From Thermoproteota archaeon (GTDB lineage: Archaea; Korarchaeota; Korarchaeia; Korarchaeales; Korarchaeaceae): a stretch of DNA of 64,000 nucleotides. The notes under the pieces are model-generated. The model saw only the letters and a list, made by a program, of their open reading frames with translations. It was not told where the DNA came from and made no database searches. This document shows, piece by piece, positions 1-9,320 of the stretch; positions within the stretch are counted from its first letter, which is position 1, and every line of letters begins with the position of its first letter. The translations under genes and the position numbers were made by a program. The stretch is taken from assembly GCA_027491785.1 (NCBI GenBank), contig JAOZGJ010000040.1, positions 630 to 64,629 on the forward strand, in the 5' to 3' direction.

Positions 1-103
1 TGTATTACTGAGCCGTGCGCCGCCAGGAGCAAGGGCTCCTAGCCGACTCGCATGGCTTAGTCCGAGCCCGATAGGAGTCCCCTCCGGCAGGATCAACCGG
101 TCT
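1..103 (-). rRNA. rrs: 16S rRNA, 5' end (runs off the left edge of the window)
   Basis: Reverse complement reads ACCGGTTGATCCTGCCGGAGGGGACTCCTATCGGGCTCGGACTAAGCCATGCGAGTC...GGCGGCGCACGGCTCAGTAATACA, the conserved archaeal 16S 5' end and Korarchaeota-like. Exact 5' nucleotide is +/-2. Confidence 0.97.
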
Positions 104-310
104 CACATACGGCCGCAAGACCTATCAATGCACCCACCATTCATGGGGACATCCGGACTCTCTTGAGCACGAGGGATCTACGTTTCCTCGTGCTCACATA
201 ACCATACGTCTACACATTCCCTCCTGTCGCCACGGTTGGAAAGACGATCCATCACCCAATCAGGGCATTCCCTTCATCTTTTCAGGATCGCCACCGGGTT
301 AACCGTGGCC
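104..310 (-). other. pre-16S leader (5' external transcribed spacer)
   Basis: Lies between the TATA box and the mature 16S start. Contains an 11-bp hairpin (164-174/186-196) and a 9-bp long-range pairing (229-237/301-309). Confidence 0.7.
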
Positions 311-333
311 AATCAGATTATTAGTAACGTAGC

Positions 334-341
334 TATATAAA
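334..341 (-). promoter_or_regulatory. TATA box of the rRNA promoter
   Basis: TTTATATA on the minus strand, about 24 nt upstream of the GC-rich leader start near 310. Confidence 0.7.
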
Positions 342-357
342 GTTGACTGAGAAAGAT

Positions 358-1290
358 TTATATGAGGAGGGCTTCCAATACAGCCTTCGCCGTGTGTAAT
401 CTATTCTCGGCCTGCTCGAATGCTATAGAATGAGGGCCATAGGCTACCTCTTCTGTTATCTCCTGCCCTATAAACCATGGCTGACAGTGCATTACTTTAA
501 CATGGTGAGCGGCGTGCGATAACAGGTCTTTATTCACCTGATATCTAGGGAATACTTCCTTTCTTCTCTCTATATCGGAAACCCCCATGGAAAACCAAGT
601 GTCTGTATATACAACGTCAGCATTACTCACTGCCTTAACAGGATCCTCAACTATCTTTAAGGAACCACCAGTCTGTGCATATATCTCTTCTACTTTAGAT
701 ACTACCTCATCATCCGGCCAATAGTCTTGAGGAGCACCAACAACGTAATCATATCCGGCTAGAGCTGATGCGATCATGAGGCTATGATTTGTATTGGCAG
801 CACCATCGCCCAAGAATACTATTTTCACCTTTCTGTTTCCGAAGAACTCTATTATTGTAAAGATGTCAGTTAGTGCCTGCAGGGGATGGAACTTATCACT
901 CAGCATGTTTATAATGGGCACCGTCGCCCACCTGGCCAGCTCCTCTAGTGTGGAATGCGACTTAACTCTAGCAGCTATGGCATTTACGAATCTACTGAGT
1001 ACTTGGGCTGTATCTCTGAGAGTCTCTCCTCTAGATACTTGGAGGCTTGATGTAGGTAGTTCTAAGAAGACGCCCCCTAGATCAAAGGTTGCTACAGACA
1101 TAGAAACCCTTGTCCTAGTAGAAGGCTTCTCGAATATTCCAGCTACATATTTACCTCTTAAAGCAGCGTTTTTAGCTAATCCCCATTTATGCTCTCTGGA
1201 TCTCTCTAAGAGAGCCTTAAACTCTACAGGGGTGAAGTCAAGGAGAGTTAAGAAGTCTCTACCCTTGAGCCCTCTAATGATGGAAGCCAT
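358..1290 (-). CDS. argF: ornithine carbamoyltransferase
   Basis: FEKPSTRT, HPLQAL, DTWFSMG, HCQP and QAENRLH motifs; SD GGTGA 4 nt before ATG. Confidence 0.95.
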   Translation of the reverse strand: MASIIRGLKGRDFLTLLDFTPVEFKALLERSREHKWGLAKNAALRGKYVAGIFEKPSTRTRVSMSVATFDLGGVFLELPTSSLQVSRGETLRDTAQVLSRFVNAIAARVKSHSTLEELARWATVPIINMLSDKFHPLQALTDIFTIIEFFGNRKVKIVFLGDGAANTNHSLMIASALAGYDYVVGAPQDYWPDDEVVSKVEEIYAQTGGSLKIVEDPVKAVSNADVVYTDTWFSMGVSDIERRKEVFPRYQVNKDLLSHAAHHVKVMHCQPWFIGQEITEEVAYGPHSIAFEQAENRLHTAKAVLEALLI

Positions 1291-1312
1291 CTAATCACCA
1301 TGAAAGGGAAAA

Positions 1313-2185
1313 TCATTGAAGGATATAATCTATAGCCCTCTCAGGATCAAATATCGATATGTCATCGAATCCTTGTCCAGTTCCTAGGAAGAGGATGGGC
1401 TTACCTGAATAGAGGGCAGATATTAAAGGCGTGGATAGACCAGATCCATCCACTTTAGTGATAATTAGAGCATCTATTCCGACGGCATCGTTAAAAGAAT
1501 CGCATTGGTTAAGCACATCGTTTCCTGCTAGGCCGTCCAGCACAAGTACCTTCAGATCAGGTTTGATCACTCTCACAATTTTCCTTAACTCCTCACTCAG
1601 GTTCCTGTTGAGATAGTTCCTGCCAGCCGTATCTATAAGGACAAATTCGTACCCTCTAGAGGAGGCCATGCTAACACCATCATAAGCCACAGCAGCAGGA
1701 TCAGCACCTCTAGGTCCTTTAAACATGGGAACATTGGCGCTTCTACAGTAGCCCTCTAGCTGGTCTCCTGCAGCAGCTCTATAAGTATCAGCAGAAACCA
1801 CTAATACCCTATACCCTTTCTTCTGTAAGTGTCTAGCCATTTTCACTATACTGAGGGATTTCCCAACGCCATTAAATCCAAAGAAAATGACCTTGTAGGG
1901 AAGCTCTGAAGGTCTTATCTTATCAAGACTAGTTTTTGGAGGAAGAGCTTCTAGGATAGCTCTCCTTATTGCTCTGCGAACTATTTCCTTGGGATTCCCC
2001 TTAGTCTCAATGCCATCGAGCTTCCTAGATACGGATTCTTTTAATCTGTCTACAATAGCTGGAGGAACTCCTTGAGCCACAAGTTCCAGCTCCATGGAAG
2101 AGAATACCTTCAGTACGGATTTCTTCGTCCATTTCTTCTTTACTATCCCTTTAGTAGTTAGCTCATCAATTAACTTACCTAGCAC
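1313..2185 (-). CDS. ftsY: SRP receptor FtsY (NG domain)
   Basis: GFNGVGKS, DTYRAAA, DTAGR, TKVD and GTGQ motifs; conserved position after prefoldin. Confidence 0.95.
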   Translation of the reverse strand: MLGKLIDELTTKGIVKKKWTKKSVLKVFSSMELELVAQGVPPAIVDRLKESVSRKLDGIETKGNPKEIVRRAIRRAILEALPPKTSLDKIRPSELPYKVIFFGFNGVGKSLSIVKMARHLQKKGYRVLVVSADTYRAAAGDQLEGYCRSANVPMFKGPRGADPAAVAYDGVSMASSRGYEFVLIDTAGRNYLNRNLSEELRKIVRVIKPDLKVLVLDGLAGNDVLNQCDSFNDAVGIDALIITKVDGSGLSTPLISALYSGKPILFLGTGQGFDDISIFDPERAIDYILQ

Positions 2186-2582
2186 GCTTTTCTGTCCTCC
2201 TCTGGAGATTTTCCATCTCCAACTGAACTTTCGTAAGATTTAGGCCTACCTCCGATAGGCTCTTATTCACCTCATCCAGCCTCTCCCGAGCCTGTTTTAA
2301 TGCCTCCTCTGGGCCCATCTTGGCGAATATATTTCCACCCAGCAGAACAAGCATATCCTTGGCCTTAGCACCATCAACCATTAAAGACAAGAAGGAAGAG
2401 ACAGGTATTATAAGAGGACCGATCTCTCCCTCCTGAGCCTTCTTAAGTGCCTTTAATGTCTCAATGGATCTCTCTAAATCTGTTTTTACTAAAGTTAACC
2501 TATTATACTCATCAAGCAGGTACTTATAGAGGGACTGAAGGAAGCTCAGATCTACGGTTCTTTCCTGACTCAAATACCACAC
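2175..2582 (-). CDS. pfdA: prefoldin alpha subunit
   Basis: Coiled coil / beta hairpins (LIIPV, VLLGGNIFAKM) / coiled coil; synteny with eIF6 and ftsY. Likely start is TTG at 2573. Confidence 0.85.
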   Translation of the reverse strand: MWYLSQERTVDLSFLQSLYKYLLDEYNRLTLVKTDLERSIETLKALKKAQEGEIGPLIIPVSSFLSLMVDGAKAKDMLVLLGGNIFAKMGPEEALKQARERLDEVNKSLSEVGLNLTKVQLEMENLQRRTEKRAR

Positions 2583-2594
2583 CTTAGAAATACC

Positions 2595-3266
2595 TTAGGG
2601 TTCTATTTTAAGGGCTTCCGCTACATTCTCAATCTCTAGGGGAGATGTCGGATAACCGACTAAAGCCCCTTGATCGCTTGCTATTAAGCCTAATCTCACA
2701 TAACCAATCCCATTATTAATAGTACCCCTTATACATTCTACATCTAGGATCTCCGAAGCACCTCTCAGCTCTGAATCATCAGCAGATGGGGATATGAGGC
2801 AGCCCTTGTTATTAACAACTATGAGAGATCCAACCACCGGTACGCCGCCGACCTTACCCTTGCTTACCTTAACGCCTAACAATCTACCTATAAGATCTAT
2901 CTCGCTATCACTGAAGGAAGGATGGACTAAGGCTCCATAATCATTGGCTACTATATCATTTCCAAGAGCTGTAAGCTTTGTTGTCGGTAGTATATGGATC
3001 TCTAGATCAAGGATCTCCCTCAGTCTAGTTAGGTCTTCTCTCGATATTATAGGAGGTACGAGTAAGGCTCTACTATTTCCAGCCAAGAATATTCCTAACA
3101 TCCTACTATCGTATACACTAGCCTCTACTACCTTCAGACCTATTCTCCTCGCTTCCTCCGATATAATAACCCCAGATCCCTCGGGAGCTAGGAGATAGGA
3201 ACCAATAGCCCTAAGGTAAACACCTAAGTTGGAACTCCCAAAAAGCTTAGCTCTAAATATAGCCAT
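2595..3266 (-). CDS. eif6: translation initiation factor 6 (aIF6)
   Basis: SNLGVY, LTALGNDIVANDYGALVHP and GTINNG motifs; synteny. Confidence 0.95.
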   Translation of the reverse strand: MAIFRAKLFGSSNLGVYLRAIGSYLLAPEGSGVIISEEARRIGLKVVEASVYDSRMLGIFLAGNSRALLVPPIISREDLTRLREILDLEIHILPTTKLTALGNDIVANDYGALVHPSFSDSEIDLIGRLLGVKVSKGKVGGVPVVGSLIVVNNKGCLISPSADDSELRGASEILDVECIRGTINNGIGYVRLGLIASDQGALVGYPTSPLEIENVAEALKIEP

Positions 3267-3274
3267 TTAAATCC

Positions 3275-3547
3275 CTAAGCCGGCCAAATGACTGCCTCCT
3301 CATCCTCCTCATTTATAACTACCCTAATCTTTAGCTTACCGGGGGGGTTACCAGCCCCCTGAGACCATAGAAGCTCATTAAGCTCGGGCCTGACCTTGAT
3401 CCTATAATCTTCCGGTACTTTAGCATGCTTCCTAACGAAAGCTTTCATGAGTTTTACTGCTCTAGCGGCTCTCTTCTTTGGAGGGTATTTTGCCCTTATC
3501 AAGATACCTAAGTTGATATTAAAGAGTAATTCCTGAGTTTCAGGCAT
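3275..3547 (-). CDS. rpl31e: 50S ribosomal protein L31e
   Basis: KRAARAVK, LNELLWSQG, NPPGKLKIRV; start moved to the ATG after the SD GGTGA. Confidence 0.93.
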   Translation of the reverse strand: MPETQELLFNINLGILIRAKYPPKKRAARAVKLMKAFVRKHAKVPEDYRIKVRPELNELLWSQGAGNPPGKLKIRVVINEEDEEAVIWPA

Positions 3548-3556
3548 ATTAATCAC

Positions 3557-3709
3557 CTAAAGCTGGAGCCTGCTTCTCCTCCAGTTCCTTAGGGGTTTGG
3601 CCTTTGCTTTTCTATTAGTTTTAGCATATACCCAAGCTGGTACTCTCCTATTACTCCTAAGGGCCCTAGCATATCTAAGCTTACTTCCCAATGGCCTATG
3701 ACTCGCCAT
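3557..3709 (-). CDS. rpl39e: 50S ribosomal protein L39e (missed by ORF track)
   Basis: Manual translation MASHRPLGSKLRYARALRSNRRVPAWVYAKTNRKAKAKPLRNWRRSRLQL; SD GAGGTGA. Confidence 0.95.
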   Translation of the reverse strand: MASHRPLGSKLRYARALRSNRRVPAWVYAKTNRKAKAKPLRNWRRSRLQL

Positions 3710-3721
3710 CAAATCACCTCC

Positions 3722-4051
3722 TCACACTATCCTTATGTTAAAATCCTTCCTACCTCTCTCAGATAGCTGAGCTAGTAAGGTTTTCAGCTCTTCATCTCCC
3801 AATCTTCTAGTCAGCCTACCCGAGGTATAGAGCTGAACCAAATATAACTTTACCTCATTTGCCAAGTCAGGCTTAACTAGTTCTACTCTTTTTAGTCTCT
3901 GCCATGCCTCATTGGTTAAAAGTTGCTTGACTATGGCATCTATCTTCTGTAACTCCTTAGCTACCTCCTCTTCCTTGCTCTGCTGCTTAGCCGCCATCTC
4001 AGCCATTAACTTCTCCTGAATTTCCCTTAGTGCCCTATCCTCTGAGCTCAT
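3722..4051 (-). CDS. PDCD5/TFAR19-like dsDNA-binding protein
   Basis: LLTNEAWQRLKRVELVKPDLA...YLVQL motif; conserved location between rps19e and rpl39e. Confidence 0.93.
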   Translation of the reverse strand: MSSEDRALREIQEKLMAEMAAKQQSKEEEVAKELQKIDAIVKQLLTNEAWQRLKRVELVKPDLANEVKLYLVQLYTSGRLTRRLGDEELKTLLAQLSERGRKDFNIRIV

Positions 4052-4506
4052 GGAACATTCACCTTCCCAGGGATTATCTCTAATTCCCTAATCAGGTTAG
4101 CGGCTATCCTGTCCAGAAGAGAAGATCCCTCTGGAGTGATCTTCCTACCTTTCCTCTCGATTTTCTCTACTAAACCTGCTGACTCCAATTGCTGAAGAAT
4201 GAGCCTTATTACGTGCCCACTCCCCTTAACGAATCTTTCTGGCTTGGCGCCTCTATCTTTCCTTCCACCGTATTTAGCTCTAAGCCTCTCCACCCCCACA
4301 GGCTTGCCTCCCCTTAAATATAGAGTTCTAAGTATCGAAGCCGCTCTAATGTACCACCAATCGTCCTGTAATGGAGGTCTCTCCTTATGGGCCCCTGTTT
4401 TAGTATATATTGCCCATTCCGGAGGCTTTATAGGCTCGTATTTCTTCAGTTCCTCCTTTAAGCGTTCTATCAATATATCAGCGCGAACATCTCTGGCCGT
4501 AGGCAT
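4048..4506 (-). CDS. rps19e: 30S ribosomal protein S19e
   Basis: PEWAIYTKTGAHKERPP, DWWYIRAASILR and LQQLESAGLV motifs. Confidence 0.97.
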   Translation of the reverse strand: MPTARDVRADILIERLKEELKKYEPIKPPEWAIYTKTGAHKERPPLQDDWWYIRAASILRTLYLRGGKPVGVERLRAKYGGRKDRGAKPERFVKGSGHVIRLILQQLESAGLVEKIERKGRKITPEGSSLLDRIAANLIRELEIIPGKVNVP

Positions 4507-4606
4507 TCATATCACACCTTCCTAACCTTCAAAGTAGCTGGAATCATGTGGCATATAAAACCTTAGTGCGTTAGTGAGACATGCTAGTTGAAGAGAATAG
4601 ACTAAG

Positions 4607-4963
4607 TCATCTTTCATACCTCATATCACGATGCTTCTCTCTTAAATAAGGTATTCTCCTAACTCCACCGCACAGTTCACATTTAATGACTAAGTGGGGA
4701 AATCTCTTATCTCTCAGCCTGACCTGAGCGTTAACTCCGGGATATAAGAGGGTCTTACATCTCTTACAGTACCTCCATCTCCATTCGCGTGGTATCCTTA
4801 CCCTAGTCCTATAGGCTATCCTCTTAGCTAGCTCTCCATATTTTATAGCGAGCTCAGGCTCCTCTATGTAGATAGAATCAGCAAATCTGAGAAGTCGTAT
4901 GATCCTCTGCTTCGCTATGTCCTTCTCTCTCTTCTTTCTCTTTCTCTTTCTATTCCTTCTCAG
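4607..4963 (-). CDS. rnp4: RNase P protein component 4 (Rpp21), probable CTG start; missed by ORF track
   Basis: Manual translation (L)RRNRKRK...IAKQRIIRLL...RIPREWRWRYCKRCKTLLYPGVNAQVRLR...IKCELCGGVRRIPY, with two CxxC pairs. An in-frame TAG lies at 4976-4978, and there is no in-frame ATG/GTG/TTG before codon 114. Confidence 0.92.
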   Translation of the reverse strand: MRRNRKRKRKKREKDIAKQRIIRLLRFADSIYIEEPELAIKYGELAKRIAYRTRVRIPREWRWRYCKRCKTLLYPGVNAQVRLRDKRFPHLVIKCELCGGVRRIPYLREKHRDMRYER

Positions 4964-5624
4964 GGAACCACACCTCTAGGTAGTGCATATAAGTTAGAAG
5001 CATTGAAATGGAAATAGATGATGAAAGTATACCCTTATAGAGAGATAAGCTATAATTTTTTAGTTTTCTAACTTCATATGAAAAATCACCATGCGGAAAG
5101 CATCCAATGAAGAAAGTGGCTCTCCTCCATCCAACATCTCTCAGGAAGGAAAATGGCTCCATATATCTTCCCCTCTCCTCTATGAAAACAGCGCTTCCCT
5201 CGATAATGTCCTTTAGGCTTGTGCTAATCTCCTTTATTAGGGCCTTATCCTTATTCAATCCTACCCACCCTCTCTCCAATAGTTGGGCCATCAGGCCTAA
5301 GAACCTTACATAGTTTCTCGGAGGCTTTATTTTTCTCGAGACTAGAAAGACTCTGCCATCAACTGTATGGATATAAAGCTTTATTGCTCCTTGTCTGAAT
5401 AATGGATGATCGGTTACAGCGAGGAGTGCTCTATGCACTACATCAGGCCTACCCTCTTTAGGCCCTAATGTATATCTCATCCTATGAGGCAAGGCATTTA
5501 TATCAAGTACGTCGTAGAATTTTCCATAAAATTTTTCATAGCTTTTGCGTAATAAATCATTCTTTTTTAAATCATACGGTACCTTAGTCAATGATGATTC
5601 CGCTAGTATCAGAGTAGTCATCAA
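4950..5624 (-). CDS. nep1: 16S rRNA pseudouridine N1-methyltransferase Nep1/Emg1 (SPOUT)
   Basis: ILAESSL, GRPDVVHRALL, PRNYVRFLGLMAQLL and IGCFPHGDF motifs. Confidence 0.93.
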   Translation of the reverse strand: MMTTLILAESSLTKVPYDLKKNDLLRKSYEKFYGKFYDVLDINALPHRMRYTLGPKEGRPDVVHRALLAVTDHPLFRQGAIKLYIHTVDGRVFLVSRKIKPPRNYVRFLGLMAQLLERGWVGLNKDKALIKEISTSLKDIIEGSAVFIEERGRYMEPFSFLRDVGWRRATFFIGCFPHGDFSYEVRKLKNYSLSLYKGILSSSISISMLLTYMHYLEVWFPEKE

Positions 5625-5673
5625 GTGGTATGAGAACCAACGCTTAAATACACAATCTTCCGTTATAACGGTA

Positions 5674-5750
5674 GCGGCCGTAGTCTAGCCTGGATAGGAT
5701 GGGGGCCTGCCACGTCCCAGACCCGGGTTCAAATCCCGGCGGCCGCACCA
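5674..5750 (+). tRNA. tRNA-Gly(GCC), CCA encoded
   Basis: Cloverleaf GCGGCCG/CGGCCGC; anticodon loop CT GCC AC; TTCAAAT T-loop. Confidence 0.97.
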
Positions 5751-5756
5751 TTTTTG

Positions 5757-5829
5757 GCCGGGGTGAGGTAGCCTGGTAACCTGGGGGCCTGTGGAGCCCT
5801 TAACCCGGGTTCAAATCCCGGCCCCGGCC
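5757..5829 (+). tRNA. tRNA-His(GTG), genomic G-1 at 5756
   Basis: GCCGGGG/CCCCGGC acceptor stem; loop CT GTG GA; C73. Confidence 0.96.
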
Positions 5830-5894
5830 TCTCAGCCAAGTAAGTATATTACCAATTCTTCAAACAGCTCTACTCTACTAAATCAGTTTTCAAG

Positions 5895-5967
5895 TGGACC
5901 CGCCGGGACTTGAACCCGGGACCTCCGGCTTGCAAAGCCGGCGCTCTACCACCTGAGCTACGGGCCC
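5895..5967 (-). tRNA. tRNA-Ala(TGC)
   Basis: GGGCCCG/CGGGTCC acceptor stem with G3:U70; loop TT TGC AA. Confidence 0.97.
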
Positions 5968-6241
5968 GAGAACACAGATATTGCTAAGCTTTAATAAGCT
6001 TTATACTAGAAGTCCTGGGGAGCTAAACTGAATTAATTTAATTATATTTCCTTTGCCATAAATATATATCTTTTTAATTCATAAATAATCATTTTCGAAT
6101 AAAAATAATGAATATAAAGGAGCATTTAACATCAGGTAAAACAATCGCTCTTGTGCGTGTCGTCAAAATATGCGTCTTACTTTAAATAGGGAAATCGCAT
6201 CACACTAGTGAGAGGAATCAGGAGCTACAAGGGGATGTATA

Positions 6242-7444
6242 TTGAAGTCCATAGTTAGATCTGCCACGCGAAGAGTTGATGAGGAACTAAAGGAGATCCC
6301 TCAGAAGGTATCTCCTGAAGATTCTGCTCTAAAAGACTTTGTTGAGAAAGTTAAAGCTAGAATAGTAATTATGGGTATAGGGGGAGCTGGAAGTAATACT
6401 ATCACAAGGCTTAACGCTATCGGCGTTGACTCTGTAGAGACTGTCGCTGTTAATACTGATGCCCAACATTTGCTTACAACAGTAGCCGATAGGAAACTCT
6501 TACTTGGTAAGGAGCTATGTGGAGGGAATGGATCTGGAGGGGATCCACAGATAGGAGAGGAGGCAGCAAAGGAGAGTGTCGATGAACTAGAACAGTATTT
6601 GAAGGGAGCAGATATTCTCTTCCTCATGGCTGGTCTTGGTGGCGGGACTGGAACCGGTGCATCTCCTATAATAGCTGAAGTAGGGAAGAAAGTTGGTGCG
6701 GTAGTTGTATCTATTGTCACATTACCCTTTTCCGCCGAGGGAACTAAGAAGAAGGAAATCGCTATGAAGGGATTAGCTAAGCTAGCAGAGTCCTCTGATA
6801 CCATAGTGGTAGTAAATAACGATAGAATTTTGGATATAGCTAAGGAGCTACCTCTACATCAGGCCTTCTTCATCTCCGATGAGATCGTAGCTAGAGCTGT
6901 AAAGGGCATAGTTGAGCTTGTCATGAAACCTGGTCTGATAAATGTCGATTTGGCTGATCTCAGGAACGTTTTAGAAAATGGAGGGCCGGCAGTCCTCTCT
7001 TTTGGTGAGAGCGATGGAGAAAACAGAGCTATAGAAGCGGTTGAAGATGCTCTTGGTAATCCACTACTAGAAGCCGATATTTCTGGAGGCAAAGCAGCCA
7101 TAATAAATATAACATCGGGACCAGATTTCTCGTTAGAGGAAATGGAGCAGATAGTCGAGACGATAGTTGGCTCTTTAGACACAACAGCCAATGTGATCTG
7201 GGGGGCTAGAATAGATGAATCCCTTAAGGGTGTGGTGCAAGTTCTACTAGTCGTGACGGGAATAGCTTCTCCCAGCGTTGAGGCAGCCCTACAAGGAGAA
7301 GTAGCCGAAGTAACTGCTGAAAGACCTACTAAAGCTAGAATAGAGAGAGCAACCACTCCTAGAAGAGTCTCCGAGAGAAGAACTGTTCCAATAGCTAGGG
7401 AAGTGAGGTCTCCCGAGGCAGATTTAGGATTAGATGAGCTTTGA
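6242..7444 (+). CDS. ftsZ: cell division protein FtsZ1
   Basis: GIGGAGSN, NTDAQHL, GGGTGTG and INVDLADLR motifs; conserved ftsZ1-secE-spt5 cluster; TTG start. Confidence 0.97.
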   Translation: MKSIVRSATRRVDEELKEIPQKVSPEDSALKDFVEKVKARIVIMGIGGAGSNTITRLNAIGVDSVETVAVNTDAQHLLTTVADRKLLLGKELCGGNGSGGDPQIGEEAAKESVDELEQYLKGADILFLMAGLGGGTGTGASPIIAEVGKKVGAVVVSIVTLPFSAEGTKKKEIAMKGLAKLAESSDTIVVVNNDRILDIAKELPLHQAFFISDEIVARAVKGIVELVMKPGLINVDLADLRNVLENGGPAVLSFGESDGENRAIEAVEDALGNPLLEADISGGKAAIINITSGPDFSLEEMEQIVETIVGSLDTTANVIWGARIDESLKGVVQVLLVVTGIASPSVEAALQGEVAEVTAERPTKARIERATTPRRVSERRTVPIAREVRSPEADLGLDEL

Positions 7445-7454
7445 GGTGGTAGTT

Positions 7455-7649
7455 ATGCCAAAGCAGAAGGCAAGCAAGAGATCCAAAGGCGGTCTATGGG
7501 ACTACATAGTTCAAACATTAAAAGTAGCTGAGAAGCCAAGTTGGGATGATATCTGGAATACATTTAAAGTGACTGTTCTCGGTTTTCTCTTAGTTGGTGT
7601 TATAGGATTCCTTATACAACTGGCGGCTCTTTATCTAGTAGGTGGCTAG
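7455..7649 (+). CDS. secE: preprotein translocase SecE/Sec61-gamma
   Basis: LKVAEKPSWDD followed by a TM segment GFLLVGVIGFLI; start placed at the ATG after SD GAGGTGG. Confidence 0.93.
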   Translation: MPKQKASKRSKGGLWDYIVQTLKVAEKPSWDDIWNTFKVTVLGFLLVGVIGFLIQLAALYLVGG

Positions 7650-7653
7650 GGAC

Positions 7654-8157
7654 ATGAAGAGCCAACAGACTCATACACTCTTTTTTCCCATTAGAATAAT
7701 CTCAGGAAAAGAAATAAATATAATTCGGCTGCTAATGGCGAGGGCCTCCTCTACAGGGGCCAAGATAAGATCCATACTGTTTATTCCGAGATTTAAGGGC
7801 TATCTGTTTATAGAAACCGATAGGGAGTATGAGGTAAGAAGGCTGATTCGAGGCTTATCTAAGGTGAGATTCATCTCTACTAGTCCTATACCACTTCAGG
7901 AGATAGAAAATCTTCTAGCGGCTGAAGCGGCTAGCATAGAAATAGAACCAGGAGATATAGTGAAGATTATTAAGGGAAATTTCAAAGGCTATAGGGCTGT
8001 AGTTCTCTCGGTCCCTGAAGGTGGGAAAGGAAAAATGTTAACCCTCAAACTCTTAGATATAGACAGGGACTGGGAGATAAAGATGCTTCCAACGAATGTA
8101 AAGTTAGTTGAGAAGAAAAAGGAAGAGAAGAGCCAAGGAGGTGCTGAAAGTGCCTAA
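7654..8157 (+). CDS. spt5: transcription elongation factor Spt5/NusG
   Basis: NGN domain (KGYLFIE) plus KOW domain ([20 protein letters not shown]). Confidence 0.93.
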   Translation: MKSQQTHTLFFPIRIISGKEINIIRLLMARASSTGAKIRSILFIPRFKGYLFIETDREYEVRRLIRGLSKVRFISTSPIPLQEIENLLAAEAASIEIEPGDIVKIIKGNFKGYRAVVLSVPEGGKGKMLTLKLLDIDRDWEIKMLPTNVKLVEKKKEEKSQGGAESA

Positions 8158-8635
8158 GAAGGTTGTTAAGGTCATGATAGAGGGTGGAAAAGCCACTCCC
8201 GGGCCACCATTGGGTCCGGCACTTGGTGGCTTAGGGCTCAACATGGGCCAAGTTGTAAAAGAAATTAATGCGAAGACGAAGGAGTATGCAGGGATGAAAG
8301 TCCCCGTAGAAATAGAGATAGACCTAGAGACAAAGCAATTCGAGGTTAGAGTTGGGACACCACCTACTTCTATGCTTATTCTAAGGGAACTAGGAGTAGA
8401 TAAAGGTTCATCTGACGCATCCTCTAAGAAAATAGGAGATCTTAAAATGGACCAGGTCGTGAAAATAGCCAAGATGAAGCTCGATAATGCTAACACCAAA
8501 GATCTTAAAGAGGTAGTTAAGCAAGTCCTAGGAACCGCTCTCTCTATGGGTGTTACTGTCGAAGGAAAAGATCCCCGAGAAGTTCAAAGGGATGTAGATT
8601 CAGGTATTTGGGATAAAGTGGTTATAGGTGGTTAA
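8150..8635 (+). CDS. rpl11: 50S ribosomal protein L11
   Basis: [15 protein letters not shown] and GTALSMGV motifs; GTG start after SD GGAGGTG. Confidence 0.97.
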   Translation: MPKKVVKVMIEGGKATPGPPLGPALGGLGLNMGQVVKEINAKTKEYAGMKVPVEIEIDLETKQFEVRVGTPPTSMLILRELGVDKGSSDASSKKIGDLKMDQVVKIAKMKLDNANTKDLKEVVKQVLGTALSMGVTVEGKDPREVQRDVDSGIWDKVVIGG

Positions 8636-8636
8636 A

Positions 8637-9320
8637 ATGTCTCAACTATTACTAGAGGATGAGACTCTCAAGATAATCTCCGAGATGAAGGATAAAAGCC
8701 CTAAAAGGAGGTTCAATGAAGCAGTAGACCTAGTGGTACTCCTTAAGGGTATAGATCTAAAGAGAAATCCTAACGCCAAGATAAACGAGATAGTAGAATT
8801 GCCCCACCCTCCCAAAAATAAGCCCATAAAAGTAGCCGTCATAGGTAGAGGAGAATTCGCACTAAAGGCTAAGGAGGCAGGAGCTGATAGAGTATTAGAG
8901 CCCGAAGAAATAGAATCTTTAGCTAGCAACAAAAAGAACCTAAAGAAGTTAGCTAGGGAATACGATTTCTTCATAGCCCAAGCAGATGTCCTTCCTAAAA
9001 TAGTGAGATACATAGGTCCGGTATTTGGACCTAGGAATAAAATGCCGATTAATTTGCCAGCTACAGCAGTATCTCAGCTTCCAGCCACTATAGAAAGGCT
9101 TAAGAGGTCCGTACGAATAAGGATGAAAGATCAACCTATTGTTCACGTTAAGGTAGGCTCTAGGGATATGAGTCCGGAGGAGATTTTAGATAACATTAGA
9201 GCTATATTGTCCCTCATAGAGAGAAAGTACGAAGATTCGTCTAGAATAGCTAAGATCTACGTGAAAACCACGATGGGTCCCGCCTATGAACTGCCCATAT
9301 CATTCACTAAGAGGAGGTGA
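8637..9320 (+). CDS. rpl1: 50S ribosomal protein L1
   Basis: KRRFNEAVDL, YDFFIA, GPRNKMP and YVKTTMGP motifs. Confidence 0.97.
   Translation: MSQLLLEDETLKIISEMKDKSPKRRFNEAVDLVVLLKGIDLKRNPNAKINEIVELPHPPKNKPIKVAVIGRGEFALKAKEAGADRVLEPEEIESLASNKKNLKKLAREYDFFIAQADVLPKIVRYIGPVFGPRNKMPINLPATAVSQLPATIERLKRSVRIRMKDQPIVHVKVGSRDMSPEEILDNIRAILSLIERKYEDSSRIAKIYVKTTMGPAYELPISFTKRR

Noticed and set aside
6025-6120. Very AT-rich tract (also 25060-25175 and 30425-30500) as a possible replication origin
   Set aside because: No ORB repeats or adjacent cdc6/orc1; consistent with ordinary promoter or terminator spacers.
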